Source of the DNA: Lingula anatina
Taxonomy: Eukaryota; Animalia; Brachiopoda
Length of the DNA stretch: 64,000 nucleotides
Direction of reading: 5' to 3'
NCBI GenBank assembly: GCA_051362555.1
Contig: CM120642.1
Span: forward strand, 4,340,001-4,404,000
Part shown: piece after piece, positions 38,024 through 51,265 of the stretch
Position numbering within the stretch: position 1 is the first letter of the stretch
How the letters are laid out: every line of letters starts with the position of its first letter
Program-made: the position numbers and the translations under genes
Notes under the pieces: model-generated
What the model was told of the DNA's origin: nothing
Seen by the model: the letters and a program-made list of their open reading frames with translations, nothing else
Database searches by the model: none

Positions 38024-38525
38024 CACTCTGTCAGGATAGTGTGTGTGTACATCGCCTCAGTATACCAAATAGCATAACGCTGGACGTCCAGGTAACAATA
38101 AGCCGAGAAAAAAAACGAAATAAACCTACAGTACAGTAACAAAATCAAGTTAGACATCTTCCACGAAGTTTCTTTCTCCTTCGACGATGCCCTGTTTAGT
38201 TGACCTACATGTATATAAAACAAATTCCTCATATTGGCCAGATATGTGCAGTTTTACAAACACTCTCTCTCTCTCTCTCTTACCGTTACAAGTCCTCCTA
38301 ACTAATACCGATATGTGGTCTACTCTAATACTCTGTGAGAACAGATTATATTGAATATTTCATTATTTCATTATTTCATTATTTCACGGTATTTTTGCTC
38401 ATAACTTCCTTGTCCCAGTCAGGTCATATTACAGGATCCTACAGTGACTAGTAAATTCCTTCTATCCCAGTCCTGGTTTAATTAATTTTTTTCTTCTGTT
38501 TGTTCATATTCGATGCAGTAATTAC

Positions 38526-38785
38526 CAGAGGTGTATCCAGGATTTTTTGAAGGGGGGTCCACGGATGCGAAGCTGACCCCCCCCCCCCCCCCCCCCCGGG
38601 CCCCGCTACTAAAGGATCACGAAAAAATGGTATTTTGGAGGGTGAACGATGCCATTTGGTACAGTTTAGAACTATAATTCAGCTATTCAAAATTCTAATT
38701 TCAAGAGGCGACCACTGGTGTGATTTTTTTTTTCAGAAATGGAAGGGGGGCAGGAACCCCTCACATCCCCCCAAATCCGCCACTG
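38526..38785. mobile_element. CAGTGGCGGA-family MITE in the opposite orientation
   Basis: Ends AAATCCGCCACTG; interior is reverse-complementary to 37813-38023. TSD imperfect (AATTAC/TATTAC). Confidence 0.75.
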
Positions 38786-38789
38786 TATT

Positions 38790-40145
38790 ACAATCATTAT
38801 CGCTTTGCCCGCTTTAGCAATGTCCAGTATTCCTGTTTTAAGAGTTGGGATTGGTTTCTTCATCTCAGTCTGCAAAATTATTCCCCCAGCAATTTCACTT
38901 TTTAAGTGCTATGATCTTGTATTCTGACTCAGAATCGCGGGTCATCTTTCATTTCTTTTTTCTTGATTTCCTCTATCGACTAGAAATCTTTAACTGTTTT
39001 TTATTTTTGTTGCACTTGTCCTTTTTAATTTTGTTGGGCTTGGCCTTTTCTTTTTCGAGTAGCTCTTTTTCAGGTGTGTCAGTTAGAACTGCACTGCATC
39101 GTTTTCTACTTTTAATCTTTGGACTGCGACGGTGAGCCTTTGGAACCGGTCTAATTATTGCTGGACTTGAGCTGTTTTGGGGTTTTCTTAAGTGCGCTAT
39201 AGTGTGCTGTAGCACCTCTTCCGGTGAGGGCAACTGAGATTTCAACTGAAACTTTGCCTAAGTTACGAGGTGGATGTTTGTCTTTTCTGGCGAATTTTGT
39301 ACCCTCGTTCACTAAACATTAACAGCAACCCCCAATCCATTACACAAAGCATTTAAAACAATATCGGCAGAATTTGTGTTGTATAGTTTATTCATAACGT
39401 AGGCTCTCAGTTAGAATATTTTCATTTTGCCGCGAAATGCAGAGTAATAATCGACATTTCCTTCCACTTCTAACAGCAATTTATCGCAAAGAGCAACAGT
39501 GGACATGCAGACCCCTTTCGACCAAACAGCTAGCAACTGCAATTAACAAGCAGTGACCATCCCCCCTTGTATCTTCTACAGGCATGTACATTCCGGCATC
39601 TTGGAGATGTTCTACCAGCTGGATTTCGTCTCCAGTTGGAGTTGTATTGGATTACTACGTTACTCTCCTTAAAGTTGAAAATAAATCATTTAGAGAGAAA
39701 TTGAAAAACACCGTGCGGGGTGGGTTGGAACACCCCTTACAGTGTTCCAACTGGCCCCATGTCAAATGTTCCGACCAGCCCCCATGACGTCATGGCCTAC
39801 TTATGACACTATTTCTTTAACAAGTGGGAGGTGAAAAAAACTACAGCTTTTTGAACATAAAGGTGGTCCTAAACGCTATGCACAATTTCAGTGATATAAT
39901 CCTTATACTTTAGTTTACAGCACGATGAATGTCAAAAATATGAAAAGTTACTTCGAGTGGCGAAAATAGGTTTTTTTCGCATAAAACTTTTACCGTATTT
40001 TCGAAACTTCCAAAAGTTTACCGGATGAATAACCATGCCACGTGACATTTTTATGCTGAAGGAGCACATGATCGGTCTTGCGATTTAAGAAATAAAGCCA
40101 ATGTTCCAACTTACCCGCGTTCCTACCCACCCCGCTCTCCCCTAC
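38790..40145 (-). mobile_element. Degenerate pogo-like transposon remnant
   Basis: The minus-strand peptide KSRKRCSAVLTDTPEKE plus a Lys-rich stretch resembles pogo transposase C-termini. Terminal CCCACCCCGCTCTCCCCTAC and repeated TGTTCCAAC motifs. No DDE domain or second TIR seen. Confidence 0.5.
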
Positions 40146-40857
40146 TAGCAGTTCAGGACAGCGTCAGTGATAACGAAACCCTTATTTAATGTAGATCTAC
40201 ATGTACAGGGTACTTACTGTGCGCTTGAGTAAGTGTACTAACTGGATGTAGGGCCTACAGTTCGAGATTGTAGCCTTCCAGGTTACTCTGAGTATAGGGT
40301 CGTCGTCTACCAATATCTTAAATGATCCGGAATATTGGCACGGTGCTTTGGTCCCGTACGTACGACCATGATGAGTTTACCTTTGAGCATTAAAATTTTA
40401 CCCTGGTGCTTTCTGTTTGCTGCCTGAGTTGGAGTCTTTTCAAATGCAAAGTAGGCTACAATTCAAGAACTAGGTTAAATACACAGATTCTCATATTTCA
40501 GGTGCCTGATTGAGGCATCTCGGTTAAAAGTCCAACTGGTAGGCCTATGTAAAACCTGTTTTTATTTTTTTTTTCTCATACCTGTACGAATTTCGAATAA
40601 TCAGCTACAATTTATTAAACATCAAATCTGACATGTCTGAAAGTGAAAGATCAAACATTTTTCTTGCAGACAAAAACCAGTATATATACGTTGTTTTAAC
40701 ATTTAAAAGTGCGTATGTTGATGAAACTTGCTTAAGCACTTCCACAACATATATGGAAATCATTTTATTATTGTTGGATATTTGTATTTGTGGTATTTAA
40801 CAACGTATCCTTTTGAGTCAGTCAGCAAGGGTAGCATCTTGACCTCTGCGATCAGTT

Positions 40858-40870
40858 TGCCACCTAGCGG
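40858..40870 (-). promoter_or_regulatory. CTCF-like motif in the GEN1 5' region
   Basis: CCGCTAGGTGGCA on the - strand. Motif match only. Confidence 0.3.
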
Positions 40871-41683
40871 TAAATCCACGATGAAGGAAGACTCTAGAAG
40901 GAACAAGTAAGGTGTTGATCAGGCACTGTTGGTGCAGTGCTGAAGTAGTTACATATACCCGTACGTACCTTTTGTTTTATTTATTAAAGCAACAAGGCGA
41001 AAGCTGAATATATATTGAAACAATTTTGTTGTAGTAACAAACGTTAATGTAAGACTTGTTGCACCTTTACCTTTACATGTACATGTACGTACAGTAGCAC
41101 GTAAGCGTTAGCACAGCCAGTACATATCAGAATCGTCAACAGGAGTGCTAACGCTTGAATTTTCGTGCTACATGTATTGGTACAGTGTATTAATGTTAAC
41201 GTGTGTGTGTGTCTGTGTGTGCGTGTGCGTGCTTTTTTGTCGTGGACCCATCATCATATTGTATACAGTATTATAATATATATGGACCCAAGGTGGCATA
41301 AACTTATTCGATTCTAGATGTTCGTCATCGTATTTATGTTTTATATTTAATAATGTGCTAGAGTAACACCTAGGCTCGTAGCCGGGGGTGTCGGGGGGTT
41401 CGGAAGAATCCCCCCTTTTTGCTTGGAAAAAAGGACCCCTCTGCGGGTAAAATTTTATCAAGGTATGCAAAGGTTTCATGGTAAAAGGTCCACTTTTCAG
41501 AAAAAGAACCCCTTTCTGAAATTGCTGGCTACTGAATAGTTTATTATGGGTAAAGTACAAGTGCATGGATGACTCACTAAAACACAATACATAGTTTTCT
41601 TTTATGACATGTATAGTTTATTTTATGACATGTACATGTATTTTCATCAACATCTTTCAGATCACATACTGTCCAGCTGAGGC

Positions 41684-44600
41684 ATGGGTGTTAAAGGACT
41701 GTGGCCAGTCCTGGAGGATGTCAAGCAGGTGGTCACTCTGAGGTCACTGAGAGGTCAAACTGTGGCCATTGATCTCAGTGGGTGGATTGTCCAATCCCAC
41801 GGGTTGAAAGACTACAAGGGCACACATCAACATTTACAGTAAATACCCATGAATGGTGTAAGGTGTACCAATATGTGCACGTATGTTGATTCAGCTCAGG
41901 ATGCCAAGAGGGAGATTCCTGCTCTCTCTGTATTTCTATAATATTCAAATATTCAGATTATAGGCCTGATTTACCACACTATAGTATACTGTTCTGTACT
42001 GGTAGATCAGCAGTCAAACAATGAGCAGTTGAAATTTTGTTATTTTCTTTTTTTGCAACATTCATTGACAATGTGCAATACAATAAAAAGAACTTAAGTT
42101 GTACATGTAGCTCATTTTATGAAGTGGTATCAACATGGAGTGAAATTATGTACAAAAAAGGACAGGAAAGGTTTTTTTAACTTGATGCTTTAAAATACTT
42201 ATTATGATATGAATCAACCTGTTAGGAATGCATGTTATATAATATATGTGATCACAATTGATCAAAATCTGTTAAGTTGGTCTGTACATATACAGGTTGA
42301 ATACGTGTGGGTGTGTACAGTATCACGTGTGTATAAAAATGTTTGTATATTTTTTTCAGGAACCTGTTTTTTAAGGTGAAGCGGTTTCTTATAGATGGGA
42401 TCAATGCTGTGTTTGTATTGGATGGCTCAGAACCTGCCAGGCTGAAATATGAAACTGTCCGCAACAGACGGTCAGTGCAGAGTGGACACGTTGCTGATAC
42501 TGACCAGTGTGACCAGCAGAAGGGATATCTTGGCGCCAGCTCTCACTGCAGGGAGGAAAGAGAAGGAATGGATGAGAGAATTGTTAGAAGTAAACGATTT
42601 GAACAGATAGTAGAGCAGGTCTGCATAAATGGTGGTTGAGATTATTTAGTACATATTATGTAAATATAGTGATGCTTGGTTGAAAATGTGGAATAAAATT
42701 ACTGATTATCTATTTGTAAAAAGTTATCAGTAAGCTCGATCTTGCTTCCAAGAAATTTTATAATTTGTATTTATGTTGTTACTTTTTTAGCTCTAAAGTA
42801 AGTGATTTGTCTAATAAAAAAAGTAAGTGATTACTATTACTAAAATGTCAGTAGATGTGAAAAGTTATTTGAATTTTCTTTTACAAATGAACCCATGGAA
42901 AGTTACTATGATAATGACTGATCTTTTCACCTAACTTAATTGAGTCTGTGATAGTGGCACTGGCTTCATACGTGTCTGAAATGCCAGTGTAATTACAGCT
43001 TGGAAAGTAAAATTTTAGAAATGTGTACAGTGAATGGCCATAATTTATGTTATGGGCCAGAGTTTCTTAGACCCTGGGGGTGGCTAAATAGTTATTGGCA
43101 CAGACTGTTATTATGTGAGTTACATCTCCTAACGGCCCCTTTACACTGGACGGCGTCCTTTCTGCGTCCAGCAGCACGGCCCCATTTGAGAGTTAAAAAA
43201 TTATAATATTTTACGTGCCGACAACTGGCCGGTCATTGAGCATTCTTCTGATACAAAATCAGTGCTCGTGCTTCCTTATTAAGACCACAGCGATGCCAAA
43301 TTTCATGGTCACAGAGAGGACGCAGAAAGGACGCCGTCCAGTGTAAAGGGGGTATTAGGGGAGAAGTGCTTTTTTCAGTGCTGTTATTTGTTGCAGCATT
43401 TGTTGTTCTCTAGAGTCCATAGGTGCAGTTTGTTTTGGATCCCCCTGTATCCATATATTGAATTGCTTCTTCCAGTGCCATGAATTGCAGCAGTATTTTG
43501 GATCCCCCTGTATCCATGTATTGAATTGCTTCTTCCAGTGCCATGAATTGCAGCAGTATTTTGGGGTTCTCTGTTTCCATAGGTGCAATTGCCTTTTCAG
43601 TGTCGTGAATTGCTGCAGTATTTTGGGTTCCCCTGTATTCAGAGTCATCATGAAGGTGAGGCACTGTGTGGTCTACTGAATGAAAAGCAAATGGTGGATG
43701 CCGTGATGACAGATGACATGGATGCTTTCCTGTATGGTGCTCAGAGAGTCTACAGGAATCTGATGATAAACAACCACAGTGTAAGGGATGGTGCAGACTT
43801 TGCAATTACTAAAAAAATAATAATAATAATTGGTCAAGTATATTTTTTGAAAAAGACTAAACACGTTTTCACCAGCATGTTGTATTAACAAGCAACACAG
43901 ATATAAAATTGTTATTATATAGATATTGATTTTAATATGACAGAATTATTGTTAAAAGATTTTATAATAACAGCTACTATTATGGCTACATCTCGTCACA
44001 TCTGTATTTTTAGTCACATCAGTCCCGTTTAGACAGCTATGATATGTCTGATATTGAAGAAAAACTTTCTCTGGGTAGAGGACAGCTTGTCTGCTTGGCT
44101 GCCATGATGGGTTGCGACTACGATGCCAAGGGGATCCAAAAAGTGGGAAAAATAAAGGCACTTTCACTGGTGCAAAGATTTGGCAAGGAAGATGCAATTA
44201 AAAGGTTTTGATGTGTTAAAAATTGACAAATAAATAAACCTTTAATTTTAAATTGGACTTGAATGATAGTGATGAATACCTGTCTTTCACTGTAGTGTAT
44301 TTTTTTTTCTTTTCTTAATATGAGAGAATGACATTGCTTTCATAATATCACTCAAACCATTACCTGTATTTCTTAAAATCATTTCATTGTTATGACAGTT
44401 TTCTTAGTCTTGATGTTGATTTACTCAGAGAGAAAATAATTAAAACCAAAATTTGAATCAAATGGATATTTTCCTTGTGGCTGTAGGTTTCTTAGTCTTG
44501 AGGATGATGTTGATTTACTGAGAGGAGAGAAGATAAAGCAAGATTTAAGTGGAATGAAAAAGGACAGCCACTGTTCTCAGTGCAGGCACCTAGGTAAGTA

Positions 44601-47600
44601 TACTGTACCCCTAGTAGTGTGTGTAGCAGACCCATGCACGTATTTACTTTACAAAGATGAACTCTGAGATGGGCAAATGAGTACTTTGTATTCAGTAGAC
44701 CCAAGTCTTGTTCTAATAACTCGTATCATTATCTTGAATCATTCGGAACATTATTTACATTTTGTGCTGGCTGAGATAACTGTGGACAATGCTGAACTTG
44801 TATGGGTATATTTGTGTAACACAAGCAGGTGCAAAGGTGTCCAAGTTATATGGAATCTGCTGTAGTAGACATTAAATAAACAGAAGAGATAGTTGAACAG
44901 TTTGAGAAAGAATGCCCCAATAAACCACTAAGACCCCATTCCACAGATTTTAGATTGATCATCTATCCCTGTGGGGAGTCTCACTAGATTACTGTCAGCT
45001 TAGCTGGCTTGAGCATCTGTCCCGCCTACTAAAAGCTGTAAGGGGGTAATTAACTACAGTGCGCGCTTGGCTGACAGCAATTTAGCGTGAACCCCCTGGG
45101 AGTTAGGTCAATCTAGATGGATTGATCTAAATCTATGGGAATGCAGTCTAAGTTTGACAGTTTCTTTGTCTTAGATTAGTATTGAGTGATGGATAACAGT
45201 GGCTGAACAAAGGGAATTAGTCTGTCAGCAGAAAGGGCATGTGCAAAGCAACTCACACTTATCCATTTAAGGGGCACAATGTCTCAGCCACACCATCTCA
45301 CTGAACTCTGTCTTTTTGTTTGGCCTGCACAGGTGCCCCTCAACAACATATGCCACAATTTTGATGGCAACAATTGGAGAGGTGTGGATATATAGATGCA
45401 GTTGTTGTAAACCATTTAAAGATTTTAAATGGATTAGAATTACCGTCTGTGGTGTCATTTACAGGTAATTATGTTAGCCACCAAAAGAATGGCTGTGAAC
45501 AATGCAAGACCAAAGTTTCCTGTGATACTGAAGGAGAGATGTGTAATTGTGACTGGCACAACAAGAATTCTCAACTAGCGCAATATAGTGAAGCTGAGCT
45601 GAAGTTGAGGGCATTAGCCATGGAAACACCTGGGTATCCTGACAGACACAGGAAGGTGATTTTCTCTCTCTCTCTCACTCACTCACACACACACACACAC
45701 ACACACACAAGGCTGTGCATCAAATTAGAAATGTGTCTTGGCATGCTGTTAAAAATTGTTATTTTTCCTCAGAGAGTTATAAATGATACAGCTGTACTGG
45801 TATTTTTGGGGGGGTTCTGCCATGGCATCAAACTTCAGGGGTCTTAACTTTCTTTTCAAAGATTTGCTTTTTGCTGCTTTGTCAGAAGCTAATAAAATGG
45901 TCATATCGAGTTCAAGTTCTTTAAAAAATTTTTATGTAAAATTGTTTGGCTGAGTCCACTGGATTACCATACTGTTACAGGTGCATTGCTAAAATATAAC
46001 AATAAAAAGTGCATTTGATGTATTATATGGAAAACAATGTAAAATAAAAATATACTTCAGAAGTTTGACAGGCAATGATATTGTGAATGCAATGAATGCA
46101 TTTATTTTTGGGACTCCCCTATAATAACAGTAATGAACCTTGACCTTGGATGATGAAAATAAGAAAAAAAAATGGTATTAACTTAATTGATTTTGATGTG
46201 AGAATGTCAGCATGATATTGTTTAATAATGCCCAATTTTTATTTACACAAGGTGATAAATGAGTATATGAACTCTGGGGAAGTATGTCCAGCTGAGAACT
46301 TTCAGTGGTCAAAGCCACAGATTGACAGAATACAGGTAAATACTTCAAATCTGAATTTTCTTTAAGAAGTGCTTCATCTTTGACTTTTGGTTTATTTCCT
46401 TCTTAGGGGTCATCACAGTGGATAGCACACCTCCACCTCCACCAGTCCTGTCCTTTATGTCCTCCTCTACCTTTACCTTTTGCATAGCCTCTTTTAGAGC
46501 TGTATCCATAAATCTTTTCCTTGGTCTCCCTTCTTTTTATTTTTCCTGGTGGTTTCATTGCCCACATTATTTGACCAACATTGTTTTTTTTTCTTCAAGA
46601 AGTGCATGATCTTATTTTGTTTTATAAACTTTAATATGCCTTTATGAAATAAACTTTCACATAGTTGATAAAGGTGATAGTCCTGTATAAGGTTTAAATG
46701 ACAACCATGATTAAATGGAACAAGCCATAATATTTTGTACTAAAATACATTGCTGTATTATTTTAGTGTGTGCCTTGATTTCCAACTTACTATTTTGTCA
46801 ATGAATTATCCAAATCAAAGGAAGCATGGTCCCATATAAAAGTAATGGTCCAGCAGTGGCACTCGTGTATAATCATTAAGTTGACAATTATAAATTATAT
46901 CTTTTACAGAACTTCATGAAGAAATATCTGAAGTGGAATTATTCTAAGACTTCCAGTCATGTGATCCCTTGTCTCACATCCTGGGAGTTGAAACAAAGGA
47001 AAACAGAGAGCAGTGAAACAACCCCACTTGTTATACCAGATAGGTACATGGTATATGCAGTGTGGTGATGTGTGGAAGAGGTGTTTTCTTTGGTTTTACC
47101 TGAATCTTATGAACTTTGCCAAACTTGAATCCTCATGTTCTGGTCTTGGAGTGTGTGAGGATGGGCTGTTAGGGAGTTTCAGTATACACATGTTAATGTA
47201 ATAATGTACTATGTTTTATTTTACTTACACTGTGTTTTATGTACATAAGTGAAAAAACTTAATACTTTATTTAATTATTTATGTTTACGTTACTTGACCT
47301 AGTATAGAGGAAATGTAAAGTAAGCTATACATGTCCAATTTCAAAATATACAGCACATTCTGCACATATATATGTATAAATTGTTTGTCTCTTGTTTCAG
47401 CATAATTTCTACTAAGAAAAAAGACCATCAAGATTGCTATGAGGTCAGGTGGCACAAGTTGGGTGAGTCACATGATAAAATTCAAGATTTTTTATCTACT
47501 TGCATCGCACCATTAGTATTAAATGGAAAATTCAGTTAGCATAATGTGCAAAAATATTATAATTTTGGTTGTTGTTTTCTTATTCATAAGATGTATTATC

Positions 47601-48851
47601 TTAAGTTGAAAATACAAAACACCAAGGTATGCAGATCATTTATTGACTACTTAAATTAGTTAAAATGTAATAACAAGGTTTGTGCAGCTATGTTTATTAA
47701 TATCAACCATTGACAGAAAGAGATTTTTACATTTAATCTGACAGAAGTGATACTTTTTTTGCTTATTGGCTACAATAATTTTTTTACTGTCTGACGATTA
47801 TTTATTAGATTATTACATTTCTTCTCCAGCTGTGGATTTGGCCTGTCTTGAAGAACCATATTATGTGACACTGGAGTGCAAGGAAGCATTTCATTTGAGA
47901 TTCCCAGAGATGGCAGAGAAATTTGATGAGAAGACAAACTTAGAGAAAATCAAAAAGATGGAGGAAAAAAGAAGTGTAAAAAGTAAGCAAATATTATTTT
48001 TTAAACATAATTTTTTCAGATTAACTGGAAATTGGTTCAAAATTTCAAGAAATGTCTTAGTACTAAAAAGGTCATTTTAATGAAAAAAAAACTGTTTTTT
48101 ATATTTCACTTGACCCAAACATTGCTACAAGTTTTAAAAAATAAATCCAGAGTATTGTAAGACTGTGTTTGGATTTATAAATTTTGATTACATATAAAAA
48201 TTTTCAGAGATTTAATGGTACTGTGTGCAGATTTTTTGTGGCTTTTATTTTCCTCAAACATATTTTAAAATTGCCTTAATTGAATTTTAAAGATAGCCTG
48301 CTCCTTGTGTCATAAAATATATTTTTAAGTTTTAAAACAATGTAAACCAAATACAATAAGATACTGATCTTTTTCATGATTCATTTCAATCTCAGCTCTC
48401 ATTTCACAAGCACATTCACACTGAAAATACAAAATACTGGTAAAAACTTTTGACCTCCCCTTTCCTTAGGTCACTTCATAAGACAATTTTTTCAAGAGTA
48501 CATCTTTGATAGCTATGGAGGCACTGGAAATTGCCTTTAGTTTTTATATTTATTTACTTTTAATGGAACATCCTGCTTATGGTTCTTTCAGCAGCTCCTA
48601 GAGTTTTGAAATTTTAACTGTATGTAGTTTTAAAATAACCATTTTAATGAAGAATAATGATATGATTTTTTTAAGAGAGAAAACTGGACACCAAATCGAG
48701 CTTGAAACAGCTAAAAATTCCGTTTCCTCAGAACAAATTACTAAATAGTGGGACCAGGAAGTTAGCATCAAAAACTGGCACTGATGGTGTTGAGTCACAC
48801 CCCCAACTGTCCATTGAATCCAGAAATCCAGCAATCAAGAACATACTGTGA
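41684..48851 (+). CDS. GEN1: GEN1 Holliday junction resolvase (XPG/Rad2 family), about 563 aa; exons 41684-41838, 42360-42618, 43601-43780, 44014-44204, 44487-44593, 45465-45655, 46252-46335, 46910-47043, 47401-47462, 47830-47982, 48676-48851
   Basis: MGVKGLW, AIDLSGW, VLDG, EGEALC, TDDMDAFLYGA, GCDY (acidic catalytic set intact); GEN1-type HCSQCRHLG...GCEQC...CNCDWH Cys cluster; chromodomain-like CYEVRW. The last exon is the least certain. Confidence 0.88.
43133..43354. mobile_element. About 220-bp MITE, TWA-flanked (Harbinger-like)
   Basis: CCCCTTTACACTGGACGGCGTCCTTTCTGCGTCC pairs perfectly with GGACGCAGAAAGGACGCCGTCCAGTGTAAAGGGG. Confidence 0.85.
43365..43640 (+). repeat. 62-63-bp tandem repeat built from the GEN1 intron 2/exon 3 junction
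   Basis: TTNCAG|TGYCRTGAATTGC... units put acceptor-like sites before 43379, 43476, 43539 and 43601. Confidence 0.85.
44932..45148. mobile_element. MITE, second copy of the 11594-11818 family
   Basis: TAA|GACCCCATTCC ... GGAATGCAGTC|TAA. Confidence 0.8.
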
Positions 48852-50531
48852 TTTCAACATCAATGAAGCGTAGCATTCCCTCAAGGAAAATGGACAAAAG
48901 AAAAACAAAGAAGGCGGCAAACAGAAACAGAAAAAAGACATCATCGATTTCCAGCTTTTTCAAGAAAAAACAGAAAATGTCACTAGATGAAGAGGTCAAT
49001 TTACAGGTTGTGAATTTCTCTGAGTCGCCATTACTAGGGAGTGACAGTGACATCTCCAGCCCAACTGATCCAAGTTTCCAGCAGCAGCTCTGAATGTAAT
49101 CAAGACAACAGGGGTGTGTCATATACAGCAAGCACAGCTTTAAATGCCAGTTGTGTTTCAGCAGAAGAAAACGGATTACTTTCCATCCAGCATGTCAGAC
49201 CTTGACATTACTGCTGAGTCATTCATTACAGGAAGTGACCAATGCAACTTACAAAGCACAAGTTGAGATTCCTCATTGGAATAAGCTTCGTACTTTAAAT
49301 CTCAAAATCCCAGACTTGTATGTCAAAAAGAAGTTTTCTCTTCTTTTTCCCCAGGTTTTGGTCATAAATGATCAGTCGTAAGTAGAAAGATGTCCAGATC
49401 ATGATGATTTTAACATCAGCTTGGAAGATGTATATTAATCCAGTGGTTGACTCAAGTCCAAGTGCATTTTTATGCATGTTGCTATCTCATTATATATTTA
49501 TATGAGAAGTGTTGAATTTTATTGTTTATCTGGCAATGCTGGATTTTTCTTTTGTTAGAAGTTAGGTTTTTAGTAGATTTATTGACTCCTTCTGATTAAA
49601 ATAGACTATTAATCAGAAGTAGAAGTTTTTGAAACCTTTAAATTGGTTGAAACAGCTTTATTTTAAAAATCACTTGTTGTTTGTGTTTTTAGTAGCTTGT
49701 TACAGTACTTCTCTGATGAATTACTGTGCTTTTAAATTATTTTTTGTTTTATTGAAGCATGGATGGATAATTGGCGAAATATCAGATGCCAGTTGAGGTG
49801 CTATGAATATTTAATCTTATTGTATAATCTGCATGTTAACATAACCAGAAAACTGTGACCAGAAGTTAGTTTTTATCAATTTACGCAACCTTGTACTTTT
49901 AATTATCAATGTACAAAATGTACAGAAAGCTATAATATGTACATAAACACGTCTGTAAACTTAATTATTTGAGAAAATGTGGTGCTGATTGAATATATTT
50001 TAATATGTTGAAAACGCAAGTGTCAGAAATTTTCTGAGAAGGCCCAGTTTCACACATCAGTAAACAAAATATTGGATCAAAGTTTGGGCTATTAGTAACA
50101 GTTTACATCAACTTTATTTATTCCTATTCATGACCAGGTTTAATGATTTTTAGACTCCAAAAATTAAATGAACTTATACATTCTTTGTATGAAGCAATTT
50201 ACACTGTATTTAAATGTAAGATGATGATTTTAGCAGCTTAGGCTGTAAGTGATTTTCAGCTTGTTGTTTTTTAAATGCACAACTTCTTATTTTCCTTTTA
50301 AAATATGGGCAGATAGTTCTTTGAAATTATTTTCTTTTCATGAACTTTTAGAATCACTACAATAATTTGATTTGAATAGAATTATCTTTGCATGGTGAAA
50401 CTTGGGTAATTATTGCCATTAATGCATGGCAAGAGTCGACAAGTTCTTTTGTTGTAATCAAAGAAACATTTTTTTGGATTATAATTTTATCCTGTATAAT
50501 TTTTCCTATCTGCATGTTTTCAGTGAGATAA

Positions 50532-50676
50532 GTCATCATGTTTAGTGCCATAAATTATATATTATAACAAAGAAAAAATGTCATCATGTTTAGTGCCAAT
50601 AAATTATATATTATAACAAAGAAAAAATGTCATCATGTTTAGTGCCATAAATTATATATTATAACAAAGAAAAAAT
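50532..50676. repeat. 48-bp tandem repeat, three copies
   Basis: GTCATCATGTTTAGTGCCATAAATTATATATTATAACAAAGAAAAAAT three times, nearly exact. Confidence 0.95.
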
Positions 50677-51265
50677 ACAATGACAAATAATTTAGAAAAA
50701 TATAGCAAAAAGAATCAAAAGTGTCTTCATTAATTTATTATCTTATTTATAACAGTTTAAGTAGCAAATTGTCACAATATATGTTTTTTCATAGGGCACA
50801 TCTTGTAACAGTGGTAACAAAGACAGTAACACCAAAGTTACACGTTCGTGTCCACATGCATTAAAAATTTCGACTCGTATGACCTCAACAGACAACAATG
50901 GCATAGATGATAACAAGTGCTCTGATAAATCTGCAGATCAACAACATGGATTACCATAAATTTTTAAATAACAGCCATTTGTAATAAAATAGAAGTAATT
51001 GCTGCTGTGATACTAAATCTTTCTGAAAATATTACTTGTTTATCAAAGCAGTGCCCAAACATTTCATTTCTAAAATATAGTTGTTTTTAACACACAATGT
51101 TCAATACTCTTTCAGAATATAATTTTCTAAGGGAAAGGAACAGACCTCTATGTAAAATACTGATACCATTCACCATTAAGAGATTGTCTAAATTCTCAAT
51201 AATACTGTACTGGACAGAAGAGTGTCAATTCATGTGGATAAACTAGTTTGCTAGGCTAGCTAGCT

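Noticed and set aside
40367-40428. ATGATGA...CTGA, box C/D snoRNA-like
   Set aside because: No convincing terminal stem or recognisable rRNA guide; the motifs are short enough to occur by chance.
43365-43640. Regularly spaced repeats superficially like a CRISPR array, and repeat ORFs on the minus strand (43355-43651, 43410-43805)
   Set aside because: No unique spacers or cas genes. The units are duplications of a GEN1 splice junction and the ORFs are by-products.
44487-44593. Suspected frameshift in GEN1 exon 5
   Set aside because: Recounting shows it is in frame with the HCSQCRHLG motif.
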